64,000 nucleotides of DNA. It comes from a virus. The position numbers and the translations under genes were made by a program. Of this stretch, positions 37,990-48,178 are shown piece after piece. A model generated the notes under the pieces. The model ran no database searches. It saw only the letters and a program-made list of their open reading frames with translations, and was not told the origin of the DNA. The stretch covers positions 24,032 to 88,031 of IMG/VR virus record IMGVR_UViG_3300009509_000008, one strand, 5' to 3'. How positions within the stretch are numbered: the first letter of the stretch is position 1; each line of letters starts with the position of its first letter.

Positions 37990-38922
37990 ATGGCCTCGCA
38001 AGGGGCGCCAGCTATGAGGGACAGGCGCATGATGGCATTTGAGCAGGCACTAACCACTGGGAGTCACACCCATGGTGGTGTATCACCCGAGCGGCTCCGT
38101 CTTTTGGCAAAGCAGGCAAGCGCCAACTACGCCAGAGGCGGAACCTCGCTTACTGACGCCGTCGCCGATGTCCTGCGTGATCAGCAAGGCCTCGGCCCGG
38201 AACACGTGCGTAGAGTGACCGAGTTCGCAAACACCTACGCATTTGATGACGCCTTCTCGAAGGAGGCAGGGGATCACCGTGTTGTGAACTTCGACAGCGG
38301 TCCCGCCGACCCTTCGGGGGTAATGAAGGAACTCAGGCTAGACCCGACGCCGATGACTTCGGGACCCTCGTTCTCCCAGCCAACAGGATACGTGCCTGGT
38401 GAGGATGGGATCGAGGCTATGTTCGGAGGTCATCAGAAGACAGCGAGCCAGATGATGCGGTCCCAAGACTACCCATACGAGAACCCGCATGGGAAGGTCA
38501 TCAAGCTGTGGGAGGATCTCACTGCGACGAGGGACAAGATCGCCAGCGATCTGTCGACGCTGGAGAACGCCTACAACACGTCTGTGAGTCGCCTGTACAA
38601 GGAGGCCCGACAGGTGCTGTCAGATGGGCACTCGCCAGCAGATGTCTCGTCGGTGGTCGCATCGGCATCCCCGCATCCGAACTTCGTGAAGCTTGCGCTC
38701 AAGCTCATCTCGAAGAAGATGGAGGCGAACGGGGTTCCAGCTTGCGCCAACACCACGAAGGTTGCGGCAGCGAGACTCGCAAACACGCAGCACCCTCTGT
38801 TCAGGGCAACGCAGGAGTTCGTGAAGATCGCCGAGGACCGCTTCACGCACGTCGCTGCGCTCGAGCACGTGAACGAGCAGCTCGAGGTAGTGCGGAGGCG
38901 CCTGAAGGAGGTCATCCAATGA
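37990..38922 (+). CDS. putative head protein with KxA motifs
   Basis: SKEAG, QKTAS, DKIAS, YKEAR, VKLAL, TKVAA, VKIAE; true start may be 38029/38032. Confidence 0.7.
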   Translation: MASQGAPAMRDRRMMAFEQALTTGSHTHGGVSPERLRLLAKQASANYARGGTSLTDAVADVLRDQQGLGPEHVRRVTEFANTYAFDDAFSKEAGDHRVVNFDSGPADPSGVMKELRLDPTPMTSGPSFSQPTGYVPGEDGIEAMFGGHQKTASQMMRSQDYPYENPHGKVIKLWEDLTATRDKIASDLSTLENAYNTSVSRLYKEARQVLSDGHSPADVSSVVASASPHPNFVKLALKLISKKMEANGVPACANTTKVAAARLANTQHPLFRATQEFVKIAEDRFTHVAALEHVNEQLEVVRRRLKEVIQ

Positions 38923-39299
38923 ACGGACTACTCGCTGGTGAGCTGGTTGTACGAGCAGCTATGAAGCGAGAAGCCGATCAAGAGCTCGAGAAGGAAGCGG
39001 CCAGCATCAGCGGAGCAGTCCGGGGTGCTGGCCGTGTCATTCAGGGCACAGCTCGAGGCCTTGGCAGGGGGCTTGAGAGTGAGATCGGCGGCGCTACTGG
39101 AAAAGTTCTCCGCATGGGAGCTGAAGCGGCCCCCACCGTGGCGGGCCTCGGCCTTGGTGCCTACGGCCTAGAGTCAGCGTTGGGCCATCCCGGTGAGCGT
39201 TGGCTTCGCCAGAAAAAGGAACAGATCAAAGCTCGCCTATCTGGACAGATGGGCGCAACCAGGGCAGTCTATAATCCAGCAACGGGGCAGTGGTACTGA
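38919..39299 (+). CDS. small glycine-rich protein with ELEKEA leader
   Basis: RBS AAGGAGG, ATGA overlap at 38919. Confidence 0.7.
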   Translation: MNGLLAGELVVRAAMKREADQELEKEAASISGAVRGAGRVIQGTARGLGRGLESEIGGATGKVLRMGAEAAPTVAGLGLGAYGLESALGHPGERWLRQKKEQIKARLSGQMGATRAVYNPATGQWY

Positions 39300-39823
39300 T
39301 GAGCAACGCAATCAAAGACTTCCTCGAGTACGATGACGCCATAACCAAAGAGGGGGCGGCTCCTGCTGGTCTGAGGGCCATGGGGCAGAAGGCTCTAGGA
39401 GCGTTCACCAGCTCCCTTGGTACAGCTGCTGGACAACTTGGTGCCGGAGCGCTGATCAGTGCCGGAGCCTATGGTGCTTCAAGGGCGATTCAAGCTGCCT
39501 CAAGCGCCATCAACCGTAGTCGGGGCTACAAGAAGATGATGGAGATACATCCCGACCTCGCTGATCGAGATGATGCGCAGGTCAAGGGGATGTACAACCT
39601 CCTACACAAGTCGGCCCCTACTCTGGCCATGAACCCATACGTTGCTGGTGGATTCATAAGACGCACCGAGCACGCCTCTCAGTATGTTGACCCAAAGATG
39701 GTCTCCGACCTCGCACAAGCGGAGGCGACCATTCAGCGTTCATCCATGGGCGGTTTTGCTATGCCGATGGAGATGACCGCTAAGATGATCGGCTCAATGC
39801 CTGGGGCAAAGCTTGACGAATAA
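39299..39823 (+). CDS. small glycine-rich protein with ITKEG leader
   Basis: TGATG overlap; FLEYDDAITKEGAA then a Gly/Ala hydrophobic helix. Confidence 0.65.
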   Translation: MSNAIKDFLEYDDAITKEGAAPAGLRAMGQKALGAFTSSLGTAAGQLGAGALISAGAYGASRAIQAASSAINRSRGYKKMMEIHPDLADRDDAQVKGMYNLLHKSAPTLAMNPYVAGGFIRRTEHASQYVDPKMVSDLAQAEATIQRSSMGGFAMPMEMTAKMIGSMPGAKLDE

Positions 39824-41676
39824 TGATCACGAAGCTTTGCCAGTTTCCCGGAAGGGATGACCGAGGGACGTATGTCCACCTGATAGAACCTGGTGGGTAC
39901 AACGACCACTTGATCAAGACCGCTCAGATCGGCCCGCCACAACTAGAGCACGTCCGAGAGATCATCTACAAGGCTGAGAAGAGAAACGGGCACGTCTACA
40001 CGCTGCTGAGCGCCATGGGAGCTGGCGAGTACTGGGGATCGAACTCCAACGGAGACGACTTCCCCGAGGAGCCGCTGATCCACTCGCCTCCGGGATGGAA
40101 GGATATGAGCATCGAGCGGCAGCGCTCGATAGGGCCGAACTGGGAGTGGGGATACCCAACCTTCTACAATGCCCACGCCTTCCAGCACCACGTGAACAAG
40201 GACCCAAAGAGAGCGTTCGGTAGCGTCTACTACGCCATGTGGGACAACCACATGAAGCGTGTGCTCCTAATCGTCGATGTAGATCGTGCAGCGTCCCAAC
40301 GACTCGGTGCACAAGGCGTAGTGGATCGCATCGAGAATGGAGAGTTCCCTGATGTCAGTATGGGCTGCAAGGTTCCATTCGACATCTGTTCGATCTGTGC
40401 TGACTGGTCCAGAATTCTCCCGCTGCTTGGTAAGCCTAAGCTCCTCCTTCAGGAGCACAAGCGTCGTCCCATTCGTGGGATTAGCGTCACTCGTAATGAC
40501 TACTGTCAGCATCTCCGCTTCGAGCTCAACAAGATCTACCCGGACGGACGCAAAGTCCGGATGCTCAACATGCACCCGAGGTTCTTCGATATCAGCTTCG
40601 TCTTCATCGGAGCAGACAAGACCTCGAAGGTGATGGCCAAGCTTGCCGGATATCAGCTCTGCCCAATCCGCACCAACGCTCCCATGTGTAAGAAGGGGTG
40701 CTACACTTGTAGTATCCCATCGAGTCACGTGTATGAGGTGTGGAACAGAGAGCCGAAGATGGAGAAGACGGCCATGCCCCTGGAAGAAGCCAGGGAACTC
40801 AAGGGCAAGCTCCTGAAGAAGTCTGACATGTTCCGTGGCACGGAAGCCGAACCGGACGCACAGGACAAGCTTGCTCAGATGTTCGGCATCGACAAGAAGT
40901 CGGCACTAGAGCTCGCCAAGAAGGCTGAGATCATAAAGAAGATTCGATCCAACTTCTCCAAGTCGCTTCCCGGAATGGAATCCCAAGAGCCAGAGCTTCC
41001 TCCTGAGTTGATCAGAGCTTTTGCGGAAGACCTACCGGACGCACTTGCAAGTGCTGGATCAATGGGTATTGTCGCCAAGCCAAAAGAGTTTCAGCGGATG
41101 ATTCTCATCTCCAGAGGAAGGCCTCAGCTGGCCGATGATCTGGATGAGCAGGGGATCTGTTTCCGACCTGGGGCTCAGGCGTCTTCCGATCGTATGATCG
41201 GCAAAATTATTCCACGACTTCTGGAGGCTCTGGCTCCTCTGATGAATGATCGTAGTGCTCTGGCTCCGGCGATCCACAGAAGAGTAATTCGCATTTCTGT
41301 GATCAAGCCGATGAACAGGCCAGACACGCTCCCCCCAGACCTCGAGGAGAATCCTGTGCTGAACAAGATCAGCGCAGACTACAGCGCATACAGGCAGCAA
41401 CTCCTGTACAAAGCTGCAGCACTCACCAACCAGCTACTCCATGAGCATCCTTGGGTATTGTCCGAGCTCCATGCGGGCTCACCGGAAGGATCGTTCTCGG
41501 GGGGTCTTGTCAAAGCAGGGGGTGATGTGTTGGAATCAGTTATTGGAATGTTCCCCATCGATTACATAAACAGAGCTCACCTGGATCAACCTGTCTCAGA
41601 GTACGTTGATGCTCGAGGCAACCTGGAGAGCCTTGTTGCAGCGGGGGACTTGGCATCTTGCGGTAGGGTAGCGTAG
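39823..41676 (+). CDS. prohead maturation protease (HK97/assemblin fold) with Zn insert and C-terminal extension
   Basis: NSNGDDF, FQHH, DVSMGC...CSIC, FFDISFVFIGAD follow the His...Ser-x-Gly...E/D-x-S-x-V order of this family; upstream of capsid genes. Confidence 0.75.
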   Translation: MITKLCQFPGRDDRGTYVHLIEPGGYNDHLIKTAQIGPPQLEHVREIIYKAEKRNGHVYTLLSAMGAGEYWGSNSNGDDFPEEPLIHSPPGWKDMSIERQRSIGPNWEWGYPTFYNAHAFQHHVNKDPKRAFGSVYYAMWDNHMKRVLLIVDVDRAASQRLGAQGVVDRIENGEFPDVSMGCKVPFDICSICADWSRILPLLGKPKLLLQEHKRRPIRGISVTRNDYCQHLRFELNKIYPDGRKVRMLNMHPRFFDISFVFIGADKTSKVMAKLAGYQLCPIRTNAPMCKKGCYTCSIPSSHVYEVWNREPKMEKTAMPLEEARELKGKLLKKSDMFRGTEAEPDAQDKLAQMFGIDKKSALELAKKAEIIKKIRSNFSKSLPGMESQEPELPPELIRAFAEDLPDALASAGSMGIVAKPKEFQRMILISRGRPQLADDLDEQGICFRPGAQASSDRMIGKIIPRLLEALAPLMNDRSALAPAIHRRVIRISVIKPMNRPDTLPPDLEENPVLNKISADYSAYRQQLLYKAAALTNQLLHEHPWVLSELHAGSPEGSFSGGLVKAGGDVLESVIGMFPIDYINRAHLDQPVSEYVDARGNLESLVAAGDLASCGRVA

Positions 41677-41757
41677 GGACACCATGACGTCTCGGGGATC
41701 GCTTCTTCCGTCCGCTGTAAACCGTTGGTGAAGCAAAGGACTCAAGAGGAGAAGAAC

Positions 41758-42609
41758 ATGGATACGTTCCTTGCGAACTACTTCGGGACCAATCAAAGCG
41801 CTCCCGAGCAGACCACCGAAACTGACGAGCTGGAGAAGATGGCCCAGCTCGTGATGCTCGACAAGATCGCCGAGGACCAGGGAGTCGACCTCAGTGGCCT
41901 CAGTGACGCCGAGTATCTCCAACTTGCCAGCGAGGTCTTCGATGGCCAGGGCCATGAGAAGATCGCCTCGGGTCAGCAAGCGGAGCTCACCGAGCAGGAG
42001 AAGATCGCTGCAGCCAAGTTCGAGGAAGCGAACTACCTCGGCAAGGTCGTGGCCCACTCAATGTGGAACGAGCTCGAGGCCATCCAAAAGGAGGCCAAGA
42101 AGGTCGAGCTCACCGGACCTACCGGCACACTCGCCGGCGGCCTTCCGGGGAAGCGCTCCGAGGCCATCGGTCGTCTGAGTGACGCCGATCTCGGCAAGTA
42201 CATCAAGCAGACCTCTCGAGCCAAGAAGCTCGAAGCTCTCAAGGGCAAGGTCAAGGACGTGGCCGCCAAGGGTGGAGAGATGGCCAAGGGTGTCGGTCGA
42301 ACGATCGCCAAGCACCCCGGCAAGGCCGCTCTCATCGGAGGTGGTGCGGCCCTCGCAACAGGCGGTGCGCTCTACGGAGCCAAGAAGCTGAAGGAGAAGT
42401 CCAAAGAGGGCTCGGCGCTCGACACCCTCTCGGATGCCCGTGCCTACGAGATCCTCCAGGAGCACGGACTGGCCGACGCTCAGGGGAACGTCGTTTCGCC
42501 CGACCAGATCTCGTACGAGAAGACCGCAGCCGACAAGTTGGCTGAGGCCGTCGAGGAAGAGGCCTGGCAGAAGCTGGCCGAGCTCGGCTATCCGGTAGTG
42601 TCCCAATAG
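41758..42609 (+). CDS. scaffold/core-like protein, KxA-rich
   Basis: EKMAQ, DKIAE, EKIAS, EKIAA, QKEAK, SKEGS, EKTAA, DKLAE, QKLAE. Confidence 0.65.
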   Translation: MDTFLANYFGTNQSAPEQTTETDELEKMAQLVMLDKIAEDQGVDLSGLSDAEYLQLASEVFDGQGHEKIASGQQAELTEQEKIAAAKFEEANYLGKVVAHSMWNELEAIQKEAKKVELTGPTGTLAGGLPGKRSEAIGRLSDADLGKYIKQTSRAKKLEALKGKVKDVAAKGGEMAKGVGRTIAKHPGKAALIGGGAALATGGALYGAKKLKEKSKEGSALDTLSDARAYEILQEHGLADAQGNVVSPDQISYEKTAADKLAEAVEEEAWQKLAELGYPVVSQ

Positions 42610-42615
42610 CGGGCA

Positions 42616-42903
42616 ATGCCTGGGCTGGAGACAGAGATGGTGCGTGCCATGATGGAGGAACTACAGAAGATCGCTTCGGTCTCTGTCCCCTCCATCAAGG
42701 CACCGGCATCTCCTGCTGGGGATGGGACCACGCTGCAGCCGAAGCCAGCTTCGCCTGTGGCGCCGAAGGCGATCACCTCCAAGGCATTGGGGGCGACGAA
42801 CCTCACCAAGACCAACTACACGAGTGTTGGTACGAAGGTCCCGTCTCCTGATCTGTCTCAGGCGTGGTCCAAGAACATCCCGGCCCCAGTGGTTCGGTCA
42901 TAG
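42616..42903 (+). CDS. small protein with MMEELQKIA leader
   Basis: Leader motif then a Pro/Ser-rich tail. Confidence 0.6.
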   Translation: MPGLETEMVRAMMEELQKIASVSVPSIKAPASPAGDGTTLQPKPASPVAPKAITSKALGATNLTKTNYTSVGTKVPSPDLSQAWSKNIPAPVVRS

Positions 42904-42913
42904 GAGGAATGTG

Positions 42914-44107
42914 ATGCACGGAGATACACCGAGCTTCACTCTGCAGCAGATGGTCCAGACCGCACTTGGCGGATCCCATGCACTCGGCATGGACAAGCTC
43001 GCTCAGGAGGCCGGGGAGACTGTCGACTGCGAGGAGTGTGGCAAGTCAGCTCCGCCTGGGAGCAAGCTCTGCCGTGAGTGCGCAGCCAAGGAGAATCGCT
43101 CCGAGATGGCTCAGCAGAACGGCGGGTCATCGGAAGAGGGGGAGACCGAGAAGACCTCGTCTGCCTATCTCCAGAAGATGGCTGGAGCTGTCACCCAGAT
43201 CGTCGAGAACTTCGATGATCTGGACTGGAGCGAGATCAAGACGGCCTTCCCGTCCCCCAACATCGTGGGCAAGCAACCGCCCGGATCGCCGCAGAGTGGA
43301 CCCGGTACTGGCTCCAACGCCTTCCAGACCACAGACAAGTCGCCTCCGGGCACTGGTCTCCAGTCTGAGGAGACGGGTGAGGCCAAGACCGGCAAACCCC
43401 CGATCAACCCGCCCATGGATACGGGAGCCAATCCCAAGTCGGCCCCGAACGCCATGGACGACAACATGGATGTCACCCAAACTCCATACCCCGAAGAGGG
43501 GGTCATGAAGCAGGGGAGTGGCATCGAGCAGCTTTACCAGCGTGTCATGATGCGCAAAGCTGCTGCCGACGCAGAAGCTCCGGCGTCGATCTCGGCGCCG
43601 AAAAATCAGACCCTCACGCTTCCTGAGGACCAGCCGTCTCAGATGAAGCGACCACCGGAGGTAACGTCCCAGGAAAGCTTGATCGCCTCGAACCAGGCGG
43701 TCATTGACGCCACACGGCGTGAAGCCAAGGACGTACCGAAGAAGCGGATGGGGGAGGTGCTGTCTGAACCGGCCCAGAGTCGTTCGACCGACAAGGTCCT
43801 CGACGCAAACCTGGGTCGGGACATCGTGGACAAGGGCGGAGCGAAAGTCGCTGCGGCCAAAGTCCTCTTGCAGAAGATCGCTTCCCAGGGCTGCCGATGT
43901 ACTCAAAGCAGCCTAGAGAAGGGATCCTGCGACTTCTGCAAACTCGCATCTCGAATGGAACAGCGGAAGGATCAGATGAGGAAGGGCGGCCAGGTTCCAT
44001 CGGCCATGCCGATGATGCCTCCTCCTCAGGCTGGTGGTTCTGACTCTGCTCCGCAACCGCAACCGGTAACGGGTGGCGCTACGCCAATGCCCGGAGCTGG
44101 GATGTAG
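42914..44107 (+). CDS. disordered scaffold-like protein with Cys motifs and KxA sites
   Basis: RBS AGGAGG; CEEC..CREC; DKLAQ, EKTSS, QKMAG, IKTAF, AKVAA, QKIAS. Confidence 0.65.
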   Translation: MHGDTPSFTLQQMVQTALGGSHALGMDKLAQEAGETVDCEECGKSAPPGSKLCRECAAKENRSEMAQQNGGSSEEGETEKTSSAYLQKMAGAVTQIVENFDDLDWSEIKTAFPSPNIVGKQPPGSPQSGPGTGSNAFQTTDKSPPGTGLQSEETGEAKTGKPPINPPMDTGANPKSAPNAMDDNMDVTQTPYPEEGVMKQGSGIEQLYQRVMMRKAAADAEAPASISAPKNQTLTLPEDQPSQMKRPPEVTSQESLIASNQAVIDATRREAKDVPKKRMGEVLSEPAQSRSTDKVLDANLGRDIVDKGGAKVAAAKVLLQKIASQGCRCTQSSLEKGSCDFCKLASRMEQRKDQMRKGGQVPSAMPMMPPPQAGGSDSAPQPQPVTGGATPMPGAGM

Positions 44108-44116
44108 GAGGACACC

Positions 44117-44494
44117 ATGAGCACAAGATTGACGAAGATCAGTGCAGCCGATGCGGCCACCGTGCTCTCCAAGGTGCCCGAGGTACTGCTCGCTTGTGAT
44201 CAGAAGATCCAGAAACAGGCTTCTGAGATCAGGCAACTGAAGGAGAAGGTCGCCAGCTATGAGACTCGTGACCGTGTCGACGGCGTGCTTGCCCTTATGG
44301 ACGAGCGCAACATCGACGCTGGCATGGATCTCAACGAGAAGAGGGCGATGCTCCTGCAGAAAGCGAAGGAAGGGAAACTGGACGTCGTGGAGCAGGCCGT
44401 GAAGTTGGCAGCTGAGGGCAATCCCCTCGGCAATGTCGGTGACATCCCCGCTGCGGCGGATAACCTTCTGGGTTATCTGGCAAGCGAGCTGTAG
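44117..44494 (+). CDS. coiled-coil scaffold-like protein
   Basis: RBS AGGAGG; TKISA, QKQAS, EKVAS, VKLAA. Confidence 0.65.
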   Translation: MSTRLTKISAADAATVLSKVPEVLLACDQKIQKQASEIRQLKEKVASYETRDRVDGVLALMDERNIDAGMDLNEKRAMLLQKAKEGKLDVVEQAVKLAAEGNPLGNVGDIPAAADNLLGYLASEL

Positions 44495-44520
44495 GGTCGC
44501 CAAAGAGGAGAATCTGAGAA

Positions 44521-44967
44521 ATGGCAACGGTTGAGACATTCAGGCTGAAGACCGAGGTCCTTGCTCAGACCCGTCGGGATTTCGAGGTCAACTCTCGCAA
44601 CTATGTTGACCCCGAGCACGCAGACGTGATCCTGATGGGCGAGTACGTGGAGCTCAACGCAGCCTACAAACTCATCAGAGGTTCTGGTGGGGATTACCCC
44701 CAGTACCCCGTGTTCGTCGAGAAGGGGCGCTCCGACATCCAAGCGATCGGTCAACTGACCGTTCTCTTCATCGGAGGGTTCGAGGCCGAGACCCTCATCT
44801 TCGATGGGGATCCCGCACTCGGAGCCAAGCTCGAGATCGACGCCGCCGTTGACTACAACGGCAAAACTGTTTCGGGTCTCAAGACCTGGAGCGCCGGCTA
44901 CGTTGCGGGGTACGTGACCCGCACGAAGTCCAACAACAACGACTACCTGCGGTTCATCCGGCCATAA
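44521..44967 (+). CDS. capsid decoration/cement protein candidate
   Basis: 148 aa, beta-rich, immediately before the MCP. Confidence 0.55.
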   Translation: MATVETFRLKTEVLAQTRRDFEVNSRNYVDPEHADVILMGEYVELNAAYKLIRGSGGDYPQYPVFVEKGRSDIQAIGQLTVLFIGGFEAETLIFDGDPALGAKLEIDAAVDYNGKTVSGLKTWSAGYVAGYVTRTKSNNNDYLRFIRP

Positions 44968-44991
44968 GGTGGGAGAGGAAGGAGAGAGAAA

Positions 44992-46119
44992 ATGAGTCAA
45001 GCGAGAGCTCTCAATCAGGTCTTCTCCCAGAGGCTCAGCACGGCCGATGGCAAGGAGAAGATCGCAGAGTACGCTGGTGCCTACATCCGGGATCGTCTTC
45101 GGGAGGTGAGCTACGCTCGCCAGATCGTACCCCCGCAGAACGTGACCAGGTCGGACTGCCAGCGGTCCATCCATCACGACACCCTCACGAAGATCATCGA
45201 CATCGAGCCCGAGAGCAGGGCCATGCCGCTGACCTTCCGTGGACAGCCCACTGCACGTCTCATTCGTGGCCCGAGAGCCGAGGCGGCCTTCTTCACGATC
45301 TCTTCGGAGAAGTTCGAGAAGACCGAGCAGGAACTCCTGGCCTACGAGATGCCCATCACCAAGGTCATCGAGGACAACTCGGTGAAGGACATCCAAGAGA
45401 TCGAGGACCGAGAGTTCACGATCCACATCGAGGCTGCGGTTCAGGCTCTCCAGGCGGAGGCCAATGGTGTCTCCGTGGCGCCGGCGCTCAACAACGCCGC
45501 TCTCCACGGTGCCACTCCCCCGGTGGAGTTCTCGGTTCGCAAGGGCGAGATCGCCCGAGCTCTGGGAACCACCGACGACGCCACTGTGCACCCCCTTCAG
45601 AAGACGGACCTCGTCGAGCTCTTCAAGCTCCTCGACGGCAACCGCCTCCGTGCGGAGCGGGTGCTCATGACCGAGACCGAGTTCGATGACATCAACCAGT
45701 GGACCGTGGAGGACTTCGGCGACAAGCTTCAGTCCGAGACCACCGTCGACGGGTACAAGTACTCGACTCTGCTCGGTCGTGCGTTCGTGCGGACGATCAA
45801 GACGGACATCCTCCGTCGAGGCAACGTCTACGTGTTCACTCGCCCGGAGTTCTTCGGGGTGTTCTACATCCTGAACCAGGTGAAGTTCTACGTGGACAAG
45901 GTGGCGAACATGATCACCTGGCAGTCCTGGGAGGACATCGCCATGTCGGTCGTGAACATCGCCTCCGTCCGCAAGCTCGAGCTCTACGCAGCCGATGCGA
46001 CGGTCAACGATACGGACAACCTGTTGTCCAACTTCGTGCCGAAGGCGGCTGAGGATCTCGGACTGTCGAATAACCGTGTGGACAAGGGCTGGGTCTTCCC
46101 GCAGGTGAGGAGCTACTAG
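44992..46119 (+). CDS. major capsid protein
   Basis: 375 aa after the protease/scaffold/decoration genes; strongly C/G-biased codons; downstream hairpin. Confidence 0.8.
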   Translation: MSQARALNQVFSQRLSTADGKEKIAEYAGAYIRDRLREVSYARQIVPPQNVTRSDCQRSIHHDTLTKIIDIEPESRAMPLTFRGQPTARLIRGPRAEAAFFTISSEKFEKTEQELLAYEMPITKVIEDNSVKDIQEIEDREFTIHIEAAVQALQAEANGVSVAPALNNAALHGATPPVEFSVRKGEIARALGTTDDATVHPLQKTDLVELFKLLDGNRLRAERVLMTETEFDDINQWTVEDFGDKLQSETTVDGYKYSTLLGRAFVRTIKTDILRRGNVYVFTRPEFFGVFYILNQVKFYVDKVANMITWQSWEDIAMSVVNIASVRKLELYAADATVNDTDNLLSNFVPKAAEDLGLSNNRVDKGWVFPQVRSY

Positions 46120-46158
46120 CTCCGATCCTATGGGCGTTAGCCCTGGTGCGTAGTTCAC

Positions 46159-46196
46159 GAAGGGGCGGCGGCGCTGAGCGGCGTCGTCGCCCTTTC
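46159..46196 (+). terminator. stem-loop after MCP
   Basis: GAAGGGGCGGCGGCGC-N6-GCGTCGTCGCCCTTTC; weak U tract. Confidence 0.5.
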
Positions 46197-46213
46197 AAAT
46201 TTGGAGGTCACAA

Positions 46214-46831
46214 ATGGCACAATCCGAAGAGCTGGTTGCGGAAGACCACGTCGAAGAGGAGCAGCTCAGGAAGCCTCAGCTCTACATCGTCAGCACTGCC
46301 AGAAGGCAAGCGACCAGAGCTCTGCGGAGGCGCCCCCTCGGGGGTAAGAGGCACCGCTTCAACCTGAGGATCTGTGGTGGGAAAGTCATCCTCCGCAGGG
46401 GCAAGGCACTCCCTCTTCCGGAGGAGTTGTTCGAGAAGCACGAGGAGGAACTTGCCGATCTCATGAGGTCCGGTCAGATCGATATCCGTGTTGGTGGGCC
46501 GAACGGCCGAAGTATCGGCATGCCCCCAGCTGAGCCGAAGGAGAGGAAAGATGAATCCAAGAAAGCTCCAGAGGACCATGCGGATGATCAAGGAGAAGCT
46601 GAGTCTTCGCCGGAAGCTCCGGAAGGAGAAGGAGGAGAGGATGAAGGCGAGGAGGTCGAGGTAGAGCTCGAGGAAGGGGAGCTTCCGGAGCCTGACAAGC
46701 CGCTCGAGCGGATGAACAAGGCAGAGCTCATCGACTACTGCGTTCAGGTCACTGGCATGGACGCTGCCGACCTCGAGGGGATGGTCAAGAGGGAGATCCT
46801 TGAAGCCATCCAAGGAGCGCTAGGGTCATGA
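46214..46831 (+). CDS. hypothetical protein with acidic linker and short C-terminal helical domain
   Basis: RBS GGAGGT; LERMNKAELIDY..GMVKREILEAI. Confidence 0.65.
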   Translation: MAQSEELVAEDHVEEEQLRKPQLYIVSTARRQATRALRRRPLGGKRHRFNLRICGGKVILRRGKALPLPEELFEKHEEELADLMRSGQIDIRVGGPNGRSIGMPPAEPKERKDESKKAPEDHADDQGEAESSPEAPEGEGGEDEGEEVEVELEEGELPEPDKPLERMNKAELIDYCVQVTGMDAADLEGMVKREILEAIQGALGS

Positions 46832-47202
46832 TCGTCTACAACTTGACCGATATGACCCCGCCTTACCGTAAGGCCAGGAAGCCCGTGGACCTGAAGGTCG
46901 CCGGCGTAGAGATTCCTCCTGGCAGGAGCGGGGAAGTCCCCGACCACCGACTTCAGGTGGCCGACATCTCTGGGTGGATCACGTCCATGATGGTGAGCAT
47001 CGACTCTCTCCCTGAGTGGTATCAGGCTGAGAGGCGGAAGAAGCAGGACAGAGCTGTCCCGAAGGCCGTGGCCCCGAAATTGGAGCCGAAGAAGGACGTG
47101 GAGGTCGAGGCATCGGTCAAGTCGGAGTCCGATAAGGACTCAGCGGATGACACGACTGAGATCAAGCCGAAGGCCAAGGTGAAGGGCAAAAAGGCTAAGT
47201 AG
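46828..47202 (+). CDS. hypothetical protein
   Basis: ATGA overlap. Confidence 0.6.
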   Translation: MIVYNLTDMTPPYRKARKPVDLKVAGVEIPPGRSGEVPDHRLQVADISGWITSMMVSIDSLPEWYQAERRKKQDRAVPKAVAPKLEPKKDVEVEASVKSESDKDSADDTTEIKPKAKVKGKKAK

Positions 47203-47723
47203 TGACACTCCAAGGTGCAGCAGACACAGCACACATCTCCGGGGCGAGCCCGGCGTTCAACCAGTTCGTCACAGACACACGGTACTTCATACGTGATCTA
47301 CCGGAACTGAATCGGCTGGTTGCGGGGCAGGAGTCCAGCGATCGGATGATTGCCCTGTGTGCTGTGAATGCTATCTCGGAGTTCAACGCTCAACCTCCGC
47401 TGATCGGTCCATACAACTTCACCGATTTCGTGTCGAACAACTGGATCGACCCACTCATGACCGGGACGATCATCAAGCTCCTCACGTCGGTAGGTATCCT
47501 GCAGACACGCAACCACCTTCCGTTCAGTGATGGAGGACTCAACGTGGCGGTCTCGGACAAGACCCCACTTCTGCAGAGCTGGATCCAGCTACTCAAGGGC
47601 GATTGGATTCAGTGGAAGCAGCATGTGAAGGTGGCCAAGAACATCGCACAGCTGCTCGATGGTCAGGGTGGCGTAGCCAGTGAGCTCTTTGACATTCACG
47701 GCTACTACGCTCAGATCTATTAG
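47202..47723 (+). CDS. head-tail adaptor candidate
   Basis: Position after MCP; RYFIRD...FSDGGLNV resembles adaptor proteins (inference). Confidence 0.5.
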   Translation: MTLQGAADTAHISGASPAFNQFVTDTRYFIRDLPELNRLVAGQESSDRMIALCAVNAISEFNAQPPLIGPYNFTDFVSNNWIDPLMTGTIIKLLTSVGILQTRNHLPFSDGGLNVAVSDKTPLLQSWIQLLKGDWIQWKQHVKVAKNIAQLLDGQGGVASELFDIHGYYAQIY

Positions 47724-47731
47724 GAGGAGCC

Positions 47732-48178
47732 ATGGCCTCTTGGAATGTAGCGAGATTCGGATCGTCTAAGAAGATGACCGACTTCCTGAACGGAAGGGTG
47801 ATTGGCAACGTCAACCTCCTGAATGGTGCTGACGTTGACGGGCTCACCTTCATCTTCGATAAGGGTGGCGGAGATGTGACGGTCACGTTCACGGCCAAGG
47901 GAAGGGTCTGGACTATCAATGAGATCGTTGATCAGATCAACGTCACCGAGGCTGGCCTTGCCCACATCGACAACGTGGGCAGCACACCACCAGACCGGCG
48001 GCTGGCCATAGAGAAGGACTTGGCCTCTCTGACTGTCAAGAGCTCTGGTACTGCGAACTCCTTGCTTGGATTCAGCACAACGACTGACCAGGTGTCGGAT
48101 CGTGTGGTCGACACCGAGGTCTTCTCTGCTGGTCCTGAACCTGGCGAGCAGTCCTGGGTTGTAGTGAGGTATGCGTGA
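47732..48178 (+). CDS. putative virion structural protein
   Basis: RBS AGGAGG; EIVDQIN...RLAI..GTANSLLGF resembles the insertion domains of the sheath. Confidence 0.55.
   Translation: MASWNVARFGSSKKMTDFLNGRVIGNVNLLNGADVDGLTFIFDKGGGDVTVTFTAKGRVWTINEIVDQINVTEAGLAHIDNVGSTPPDRRLAIEKDLASLTVKSSGTANSLLGFSTTTDQVSDRVVDTEVFSAGPEPGEQSWVVVRYA

Noticed and set aside
37940-38030. Known riboswitch in the head-operon leader
   Set aside because: Stems are present but I could not match a known aptamer consensus
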